Positions 57,142 through 64,000 of a stretch of 64,000 bases of DNA are shown in pieces. A model generated the notes under the pieces. The model did no database searches. It was not told the origin of the DNA and saw nothing but the letters and a program-made list of their open reading frames with translations. The stretch comes from a virus. Each line of letters starts with the position of its first letter. The stretch's first letter is position 1. The stretch is taken from positions 15,644 through 79,643 of IMG/VR virus record IMGVR_UViG_3300025138_000026; one strand, 5' to 3'. The position numbers were made by a program, and so were the translations under genes.

Positions 57142-59031
57142 TCAAATAGCAAAAGGAATAAATGTTCCTTCTGGCTTTCTCTCTTCATTAGCATTTTCTG
57201 AATCAAAGAACACCTTGGCAAACCAATTGCCCAGAACCAAGGCAGAATAAGAATCTTTTCTTGCTCTATTCGGCCCTTTCTGTCTCCTGAGGTTTTGAGG
57301 CAAGTTAAATGCCTGTGATCCTTGTGGGTTCCCTATGACCTCAATGTTAGCGCATTCAGACTTTGTAAGTTCTACTACATACTTTTGATGATCAATCAGA
57401 TCAATCATCATGGCCCCTTTGGACGCCTTTGGTGTTTTGATATCCCATTTAAGCTTATCTATAGGAATATTCTTTTTCCTTTGTGAATCAAAGTGGCTAT
57501 CTATCGCTCTAGAAGCAAATAAAATTCTTTTATGATCTATCGCCGCCTGTAGCATCTCGTTAGCATTTCTAATCCAGTTGGAGGTAGGTTTTCTTAAAAT
57601 GCAATAATTTCTCTCTCTTAGATTATATTGATTTTTAAAATTTAATATATCTGAGTTCCAATTCTCTGGTTTCTCTAGATCAACTTCAACTACTCCGATT
57701 TTCACTTTAGCGTCTTTAAATAAAGCGCTTTCATTACAAGAATTTATAAACTGAACTCCTCCATTGTAGTCTCCACATATACCGACAATATTAAAGTGTT
57801 GTATTAGGTATAGGAAGTAATCCATGTGTTGTTTTAGAGAAACACCAGCAATAGCATAACTATGTACTAAACAGATTTTCTGAGCGTCTCTATCGACTTT
57901 GAAGACATGCATTGCAAAATGGTCAGCACTTGTATTACCAGCCCAGTTGGGGTCAAAAGCAAGTATATATTCATCACTAGAGTTCCCAATAATTTCTACA
58001 GCAGGAGATTCACCATCAGGTATAGTGCAAGCAGCCATTTTTGATAATCTAAAGTAGCCATCGCTCTCATCAATAAATTGTGCGCCAAACTCCCTCTTGA
58101 ACTGCATTTCTGACATTGTAGCTTTAGCTTGCTTGAGTAGGTTTTGGTCATATAGTCTTTTCGGAGCACAATCATAGCTTAACTGCATAATGAGTCTATA
58201 AGCATCATCTTTTGAGTCTTCATCCTCGTTATCTTCTATATCTTGCCCGAAGATAAGGTCTTCATATTTTTTGTATAATTTATACATATACTCAAATTTA
58301 AATGATGGAGATGATAAGATGATAAGCTTGTTGTTTGGCCATACGTATCTATCCTTTTCTTTCATCTCGCCTTTGTCGATTACTCTCGATTCTAGATTGT
58401 ATAGTTCTTCCCTCTCGATAGGATTTTCTACCACACCAAGGAATGGTATGATAACTTCGTTAAAAATCTTTTCTGGAATAGTTAAGAACTCATCCAATAC
58501 AATCCGATTAAAACGAAATCCACGAAGCCTTTCTCCATTAGCTAGAGGCAAGGCTATCGCCCTAGCTTTACCCAAAGTCATTGTCCATTGGTCAGTTCCC
58601 TTCTGAATCCTGAAACCACACTCTTTAATTAGACTAGCCTCGGGCTTACTCACAATATCTTCCATTTTTTGAAAAATTTGCTTAGATTGCCTAAAACTAC
58701 CTGCGATAACACCAATGTTAGCATTCGGGTTGAGCAAGCATTCCATCAATACGTAGACCGCAGTAGAGAACGTCTTAGACATACCACGGGAAAAAACAAA
58801 CATAGAATAATCAGAAACCATCATTCCTTTAATTGCCATAGCCTGAAAGGGGAAGAGCTTGACTCCCAAAAAAAGTTCCGAAGTAAAAGCAATGTTATTT
58901 CTTAGAAACTTATATAATAAATATTTAGCTTCTTCTTCTTTAATTGTGCCTTCTATTTTTTTCAGAGAGTTATTCAACTCCTGAGAGGAGTGCTCAAACC
59001 GAAATCCTTGTTTCCCTTTTTTCCAAGCCAT
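57142..59031 (-). CDS. terL: Terminase large subunit
   Basis: LFPFQ, SRGMSKT, LRGFR..IVLDE, LSS, FKREFGAQF; RNase H-like AFDP...KDSYSA. Confidence 0.9.
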   Translation of the reverse strand: MAWKKGKQGFRFEHSSQELNNSLKKIEGTIKEEEAKYLLYKFLRNNIAFTSELFLGVKLFPFQAMAIKGMMVSDYSMFVFSRGMSKTFSTAVYVLMECLLNPNANIGVIAGSFRQSKQIFQKMEDIVSKPEASLIKECGFRIQKGTDQWTMTLGKARAIALPLANGERLRGFRFNRIVLDEFLTIPEKIFNEVIIPFLGVVENPIEREELYNLESRVIDKGEMKEKDRYVWPNNKLIILSSPSFKFEYMYKLYKKYEDLIFGQDIEDNEDEDSKDDAYRLIMQLSYDCAPKRLYDQNLLKQAKATMSEMQFKREFGAQFIDESDGYFRLSKMAACTIPDGESPAVEIIGNSSDEYILAFDPNWAGNTSADHFAMHVFKVDRDAQKICLVHSYAIAGVSLKQHMDYFLYLIQHFNIVGICGDYNGGVQFINSCNESALFKDAKVKIGVVEVDLEKPENWNSDILNFKNQYNLRERNYCILRKPTSNWIRNANEMLQAAIDHKRILFASRAIDSHFDSQRKKNIPIDKLKWDIKTPKASKGAMMIDLIDHQKYVVELTKSECANIEVIGNPQGSQAFNLPQNLRRQKGPNRARKDSYSALVLGNWFAKVFFDSENANEERKPEGTFIPFAI

Positions 59032-59947
59032 TTATTCTTTTGTCTATAAAATATTGTAAGTCTACATTCCATAAGTCTTTCCCGTGGTATAAGATTAATG
59101 GTATGAGTTTTTTTGCTCCAGCCCTATTGTGAGCGAAAACAATTTGAAGGTTTTTCGGGTAATCTATTATTAAATTTCTTACATTATGCCACAAATAACC
59201 CAAGTTAGATTTGAACTTAGAAGTTTTATTGTGTTCTTCTAGTTTGTCTATCGAGGTCTCTGCGACAATGAACATATATGAATTAAACTCAACACATCTA
59301 TCCATCTCTCTTCTGAAACGCTCTATATCTTTACCGAAAGTTTGTCTAAAATCGTCTTGCGCTTTTCTGTCTACGAAAGTCTTAGAATAAAGGTCTCCTC
59401 GTGCAGTATAATCCCCGAAGTCTAATTTATTTGTTATGGAGTCCTCAAATATTAATGGAGCCTTCTCTCTCGTGTCTGTGAATAGAGGAATACTCTTATG
59501 AGACGATTCCCAGAAATTTGAGGGAAGATTATTGTTGTAATAATTTTCTACTTTAAATTCTTTTAAAAAATCTGAATACGAACCCCAAAACTTTTTATAA
59601 TAAAAAATATTCGCCATTTCAGACAAGTCATAAAAAAGATTAGGTGGGGAAACCTTGATATCCTTTAATTCAAATTTTTCTTTTGTTCTCTGTTTGATAT
59701 AATCTTTAACCTCCTTTTTCGGAGCATATTCCATCCAAGAAACAAAATTATCGTAAGTGTTGAAGTTGTCGCGCATATATTGGTCATAATTTCTAAAAGC
59801 TAGCTTTTCATTAGTATACAAGTCTCTTTTGTCATAATGTTTTACATAGTAGTCTCCTATAGTAAGTGTATGTGCTTTCAGGTGAGCATGGAAACTCCTT
59901 TTCTTATCAAACTTCTTACCACACTCTAAACAAACAAATTCACTCAT
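58994..59947 (-). CDS. C2H2 zinc finger plus ERCC4 (XPF/Mus81)-type nuclease
   Basis: CLEC..FHAHLKAH; DTREKAPL, KLDFGDY, VDRKAQDDF, RFRREMDR. Confidence 0.72.
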   Translation of the reverse strand: MSEFVCLECGKKFDKKRSFHAHLKAHTLTIGDYYVKHYDKRDLYTNEKLAFRNYDQYMRDNFNTYDNFVSWMEYAPKKEVKDYIKQRTKEKFELKDIKVSPPNLFYDLSEMANIFYYKKFWGSYSDFLKEFKVENYYNNNLPSNFWESSHKSIPLFTDTREKAPLIFEDSITNKLDFGDYTARGDLYSKTFVDRKAQDDFRQTFGKDIERFRREMDRCVEFNSYMFIVAETSIDKLEEHNKTSKFKSNLGYLWHNVRNLIIDYPKNLQIVFAHNRAGAKKLIPLILYHGKDLWNVDLQYFIDKRINGLEKRETRISV

Positions 59948-61005
59948 AAAATTTCCTTCTTAGATATTCCTAAAATGCGAGCCTTATATTCGTCCATGGA
60001 CTCTAATCGATCTGCCTCTTCTTCAATTAGCTTATTTTGCATCTCCGCCATTAAAATCATGCGTTCTCGCTCTTCTTTCTCTTGAAACGCTTCCACTAAA
60101 GCCGCAATACTTCCATTTTGCTCCCCCCTTGCCTTTAAACGCGCCTGACGGCTCCCGTTAAGGTCTTTGGTCAAAGATTCAATTCTCTTCTCACATTGAT
60201 TCAACTCCTCGCTGGTGGCCTTTATAAGCTCAGTAAGACGCATTGTTAAATCTCGCTCATTATCAGTGTCGTTGAGCATTGTATTCAATTTATCAATTCT
60301 TTGTTGAATATGTTTCTGTCTAACGTAGTTTGTGCAGACCGTAATATACAAATTTAACTCATCATTAGTTAGATCTGGCTTATCCCAAACTGTTCTTACA
60401 AATTCACTCTCAAATAAATCTCGATCTGCTATTGTCGAGTATTGATTAATAAAATGTACGAACCTAGGGCTTTTGAGATAAAAAAGCAACTTTTCGCACA
60501 TTCTTTTCTGCTTGGTCTGGATGGTTATTTCATCAAAATTTTGTCCAGCCCACTCATTTACTTTTTTTATTGATTTAGATAGGGATTTGGGAGATAGCCA
60601 TTTATCACTAGTCAACATTTCATTATCATCAACAATTTCTGGCCTATATCGGCGTAAATATTCCATTACTGTCCTATGTTGTTGACTTAGGGGTTGAATT
60701 CCTCTATCCTTAAATGTCAAACGGGTTACTTCAAGGGCGTTCATGCCTCTTTCAACATTGTTACCCATCAAAAACTGTTTCTGCTCACCTGTTAAGTCAA
60801 CTTCTTCCGCTTTCGGCGCAAGAGAGGTTGTAAAATCCAAGCTTTTGGTAATTAAAAACTTCCTCACACATCTCCCCTCCTTTGAACGACCGTCCAAAGA
60901 GTCATTATTAAATACAATTTGAGTAATATGCTTTAAATCGGGGTTCTTTGCAAACTCAACCTCGATTTTTTGTTTTTGTTCCTCTGTTAACTCAATATCA
61001 TTCAT
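59944..61005 (-). CDS. Coiled-coil protein, possible terminase small subunit
   Basis: Two HTH-like N-terminal units and a long coiled coil; upstream of TerL. Confidence 0.4.
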   Translation of the reverse strand: MNDIELTEEQKQKIEVEFAKNPDLKHITQIVFNNDSLDGRSKEGRCVRKFLITKSLDFTTSLAPKAEEVDLTGEQKQFLMGNNVERGMNALEVTRLTFKDRGIQPLSQQHRTVMEYLRRYRPEIVDDNEMLTSDKWLSPKSLSKSIKKVNEWAGQNFDEITIQTKQKRMCEKLLFYLKSPRFVHFINQYSTIADRDLFESEFVRTVWDKPDLTNDELNLYITVCTNYVRQKHIQQRIDKLNTMLNDTDNERDLTMRLTELIKATSEELNQCEKRIESLTKDLNGSRQARLKARGEQNGSIAALVEAFQEKEERERMILMAEMQNKLIEEEADRLESMDEYKARILGISKKEIL

Positions 61006-61679
61006 AAAATATCGTTATCCTTCATAATTCTAACCGCAATTTGATAAAATTTCTTTTTTAAATTTGCTATTTGTTTATATCTGGGTTTTTTCCTCTTCAC
61101 CGAATCAGCTTTAAACCCAAATTTCTCTGCTACTTCATTTTCATCTCTATTCTCAACATAAAGAAGATAATAAATCTTTTTATGCTTCTCATTCAATTCT
61201 CCCATGACTAATTTGTGAAGTCGCTTAGATGAATCTTTATAATCAAGGTGATCTTTTAATGTAGTCGTCCCTGTAAATAACCCCTCCTCTAAAGCCAATG
61301 GAAGTTTAATATTATAGGCTTTTTCTTTTTTATTCTTCCACTTAGCAAAATCAGGGCAACTAATATCTTGCCCCTTACTCTTTGTTAAAGCACAACTATC
61401 TGACCCCATATTATGAGGACATCTTAAACAAGGCTTGGCAAAACTTGAATAATTATTCCTAATCAAATTCTTAATCTGATTGGAGATAATCATGGAAGCC
61501 CAAGGCTTAAAGGGTCGCTCTTGATCCCAAAGATGCCACTTCTTAAAAATATGTAATCGGATTATTTGACATACATCATCGTAATCCATCCACGCTATGG
61601 CACTCAATTGCCACTTCGGTCGATATTTTTTTAAAAGGTCTTCTAAATCAGGGCTTTGACTTTCAAAATCATTCTCCAT
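61002..61679 (-). CDS. Sigma factor-like protein with Cys4 insertion
   Basis: DYDDVCQ..WDQERPFKPW..NQIKNLIR (region 2); CLRC..C..C; ENEVAEKFGF HTH. Confidence 0.7.
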   Translation of the reverse strand: MENDFESQSPDLEDLLKKYRPKWQLSAIAWMDYDDVCQIIRLHIFKKWHLWDQERPFKPWASMIISNQIKNLIRNNYSSFAKPCLRCPHNMGSDSCALTKSKGQDISCPDFAKWKNKKEKAYNIKLPLALEEGLFTGTTTLKDHLDYKDSSKRLHKLVMGELNEKHKKIYYLLYVENRDENEVAEKFGFKADSVKRKKPRYKQIANLKKKFYQIAVRIMKDNDIL

Positions 61680-62034
61680 CTATATCCCTCATACGTGAGG
61701 ACGAACAATCTCTAATAGTCTTATCCAAAAGCTCTTGCCCGTCAGGATCTCTCGATTCAGGACGGGAAAAATTTTCCTGAGGGCCATTCGCCTCCGAAGA
61801 AGTGACAGAACCCCAAATATCCTCAATTTTTGTTTTTTGTTTGTCATTCTCGACAACAATATCTCTTTTTAACTTGCTTAAATTAATATCAAGATCAGAA
61901 ACCTCTTCTACTTCTTCCCTTTTGGCTGCAGAAGAAATAGAACCCAGACTATGACCGCAACTAGAGCAGAATTTAGGCTTAGCGATCTCATATAAGATCT
62001 TAAAACCACAGGATACACAGAAAATCTTATTCAT
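61669..62034 (-). CDS. Zinc-ribbon protein
   Basis: FCVSCG...KFCSSCG. Confidence 0.7.
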   Translation of the reverse strand: MNKIFCVSCGFKILYEIAKPKFCSSCGHSLGSISSAAKREEVEEVSDLDINLSKLKRDIVVENDKQKTKIEDIWGSVTSSEANGPQENFSRPESRDPDGQELLDKTIRDCSSSRMRDIDGE

Positions 62035-62042
62035 GGCTAATT

Positions 62043-62723
62043 TTATTGTTTTATTTCACTTTTTTCAATTTTATCTACTAAATAGCTTATGATTTTATCT
62101 CTCATAACGTCTTCCTTACCAAATTTTAAATGATGAATTCCGAAAGACTGGCTTTCTTCATCATCAAATATATTACAAAACTTATTAAAACCAGAAGACC
62201 TAATATCACTTTGCATTGTATCTCCACATAAGAACAATGTAGTGTTAGTTGAAATGCGGGTTATGATAGTTGTAAGTTCTCTTGTTGTCATATTTTGTGC
62301 CTCATCCACTATAACCATCTTGTTTTTCCATGTAGCGCCTCTCAAAAAGTTAATCGGGGCCGCTTCCAACACTTTCCTGTCTTGTATTTGTTTTTTTTCT
62401 GGACCATTTAATAATTCATCCAATTTATCTTCTAACGGACCCAAATACGGATTGAACTTCTCATCCATGCTTCCTTTCAGAAAACCCATCCCCTTATCCG
62501 CACTCTCAGCCAAACTCCTCAAATATAATATATTAAGCAACTTGTCCTCATTGTATTTATATAACGCCGTATATACAGATAAAAATGTCTTCGCAGTCCC
62601 CGCTGGCCCACTAATAAATACAACCCTTGTTTCAGGGTCACGCATTATCTTGTGGAATTTACTTTGTTTCTCTGTCAATTCTATATGACCCAACAATAAT
62701 GAGTTTTTATTTCCAAACGTCAT
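62043..62723 (-). CDS. phoH: PhoH-like ATPase
   Basis: GPAGTAKT, GFLKG, FLRG, DEAQN, GD..QSD. Confidence 0.92.
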   Translation of the reverse strand: MTFGNKNSLLLGHIELTEKQSKFHKIMRDPETRVVFISGPAGTAKTFLSVYTALYKYNEDKLLNILYLRSLAESADKGMGFLKGSMDEKFNPYLGPLEDKLDELLNGPEKKQIQDRKVLEAAPINFLRGATWKNKMVIVDEAQNMTTRELTTIITRISTNTTLFLCGDTMQSDIRSSGFNKFCNIFDDEESQSFGIHHLKFGKEDVMRDKIISYLVDKIEKSEIKQ

Positions 62724-62735
62724 TTGTGTTATTTG

Positions 62736-62741
62736 TTACAC
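62736..62741 (-). promoter_or_regulatory. GTGTAA motif
   Basis: 12 nt before the phoH ATG; heads the leftward operon. Confidence 0.55.
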
Positions 62742-62870
62742 GCATTAACTCTCAATTGGCCGCTTGTTTATAGAATACACCACCCCCCCGCCGAAATCCA
62801 GTCAAGTTAAAAGTTCAAAATTCTCAAAAAACCCTCCCCCCTCTGCGGCTAAAAAAAATGAATTTTTATA

Positions 62871-62909
62871 CAGAAAAAGCTTTTAAAAAATCTTATCTCA
62901 GTATATAAT
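62871..62909 (+). promoter_or_regulatory. Early promoter 1 (leaderless)
   Basis: CAGAAAAAGCTTTT...TATAAT-6 nt-ATG. Confidence 0.65.
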
Positions 62910-62915
62910 TCCCCC

Positions 62916-63326
62916 ATGAAAGAGATCACCTCAATCACCACAAAGTCAGTCCAAGATCTTACTTTTGATGTTATCGCTGAACAAATTGAAACTAGCTATA
63001 TGTCTGAGGAGTTCACTTGGCATTGCGAGTTTATATATAAAGGTAAATGCTATGAAGGTATCATCGCAGCTTGTGCAGTTGACCCAAAGGAAAACCACGC
63101 CGATGAGATCACCGACATCAAAGAGAGAGCGTTCACCTATGGCGAAGTCAAGGACTCCATAGAGTTTGGGGAAGTAGTTGAGCAGGATGGCTGCTGGGCT
63201 ACTCACTTAGTGGCTTTCACCCATGAGGGCAAGGAATACACTGGCGGTATACAGTCAGACCCATACTTGAATGGGACTATCCACGATGACGAGGTTATAG
63301 AATACCCTGAAATAAATTCAAAATAA
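62916..63326 (+). CDS. Early hypothetical protein with internal duplication
   Basis: Two ~65-aa units sharing F.(Y/H).GK.Y.G.I...DP...H.DE. Confidence 0.8.
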   Translation: MKEITSITTKSVQDLTFDVIAEQIETSYMSEEFTWHCEFIYKGKCYEGIIAACAVDPKENHADEITDIKERAFTYGEVKDSIEFGEVVEQDGCWATHLVAFTHEGKEYTGGIQSDPYLNGTIHDDEVIEYPEINSK

Positions 63327-63329
63327 TAG

Positions 63330-63367
63330 CAGAAAAAGCTTTTTTAAATCAATTTATAATGTATAAT
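63330..63367 (+). promoter_or_regulatory. Early promoter 2 (leaderless)
   Basis: CAGAAAAAGCTTTT...TATAAT-6 nt-ATG. Confidence 0.65.
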
Positions 63368-63373
63368 ACCCAC

Positions 63374-63538
63374 ATGACAGCAAACAACACAGGACGCACT
63401 TACCACGAAAGAGTTTTAGATGCTCGCGAGTCACTTGCCAAGGACACAATGAAGCGCGAAGTAGAGCGCGAGGCCAACCCTATCGACTGGAAAGCTACTA
63501 TGGAGACTGGCAAAGTGGTCTTTAAAAAATCAAAATAA
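63374..63538 (+). CDS. Early hypothetical protein (54 aa, not in ORF track)
   Basis: MTANNTGRTYHERVLDARESLAKDTMKREVEREANPIDWKATMETGKVVFKKSK. Confidence 0.7.
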   Translation: MTANNTGRTYHERVLDARESLAKDTMKREVEREANPIDWKATMETGKVVFKKSK

Positions 63539-63541
63539 ATC

Positions 63542-63571
63542 TTTACACCAGCCCCAACTCTACACTAGAAT
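63542..63571 (+). promoter_or_regulatory. Early promoter 3 (leaderless)
   Basis: TTTACA-18 nt-TAGAAT-6 nt-ATG. Confidence 0.6.
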
Positions 63572-63577
63572 ACTCCC

Positions 63578-63775
63578 ATGACTGCGACACACATCAACAT
63601 TCAAAGAGAAAAAGACTGCACCATGTACGACAACCAAAACCTCGCCATCAGAGTCTATGATACTGAGAGAGTAGCTTTAATCTACCGTGTCGCACCTGCC
63701 ACATTCAGCACAATCACCATTAGCAGAGAGCAAGCAGCAAAAGCATTGCGCGATATGCGTAATGCTCGCAAGTAA
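63578..63775 (+). CDS. Early hypothetical protein
   Basis: 65-aa ORF behind promoter 3. Confidence 0.7.
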   Translation: MTATHINIQREKDCTMYDNQNLAIRVYDTERVALIYRVAPATFSTITISREQAAKALRDMRNARK

Positions 63776-63795
63776 AACCCAAACACACTAACACT

Positions 63796-64000
63796 ATGAA
63801 CCTACATAACTTCAAAGACCAAGATACCAAAGGCAAAGCCATTCTCATTCTCACTTACCCTTTCGCCATTGGTATTCACTTGGGTGAATGGCTTAGGATG
63901 CGGAAGCTCCAGCGCATGATCAGAAAGTGGATCGGTGCAGCTTGCAAGAATCCACAAGGGGTCGAGGCTGAGATGGTCAAGGAGTGGAGCGATGAACTTC
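63796..64000 (+). CDS. Early hypothetical protein (partial, runs off the window)
   Basis: MNLHNFKDQDTKGKAILILTYPFAIG..., open to the window end; A/C-rich leader without SD. Confidence 0.65.
   Translation, partial: MNLHNFKDQDTKGKAILILTYPFAIGIHLGEWLRMRKLQRMIRKWIGAACKNPQGVEAEMVKEWSDEL

Noticed and set aside
1-64000. Stop-codon reassignment, DGR, integrase or transposase
   Set aside because: Genes tile densely under the standard code; no RT, TR/VR pair or recombinase was recognised.

Overview
This is a 64-kb segment of a large, AT-rich tailed phage genome (probably a siphovirus: tail tube and tape measure are present, no sheath gene is visible). The host is Gram-negative, given an overlapping spanin-like pair. 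Most genes run on the minus strand. Modules: lysis and late accessory genes (0-2.3 kb); replication (ClpC-like ATPase, DNA Pol III alpha split over three genes, PD-(D/E)XK nuclease, primase, DnaB, RecA; 2.9-14.9 kb); nucleotide-sugar and glycosyltransferase genes (HldD-like, Gmd, ColD-like, about 8 GT ORFs); class Id-like RNR; a plus-strand island (sigma factor, GTs, Hsp20, SSB, annealase; 24.3-31.7 kb); tail, head and packaging genes (31.7-59 kb); a PhoH/sigma/ERCC4 operon; and a divergent array of small leaderless early genes after 62.9 kb. The best candidate new system is phage-encoded virion O-glycosylation: several tail, neck and tip proteins are strongly enriched in [S/T]-G dipeptides, and the genome carries ADP-heptose and GDP-dideoxysugar enzymes plus a split GT9 heptosyltransferase-like pair. 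Other candidates: a PD-(D/E)XK-like domain inside the tape measure, bracketed by repeated (F/Y)AxG motifs; a GTGTAA promoter-like motif 8-12 nt before start codons; a promoter-driven two-hairpin RNA; a ClpC with a degenerate second ATPase but an intact ClpP-docking loop; and a 16-bp inverted repeat at a strand switch. All family calls come from motif recognition by eye, and all counts are by hand; no database search was run.
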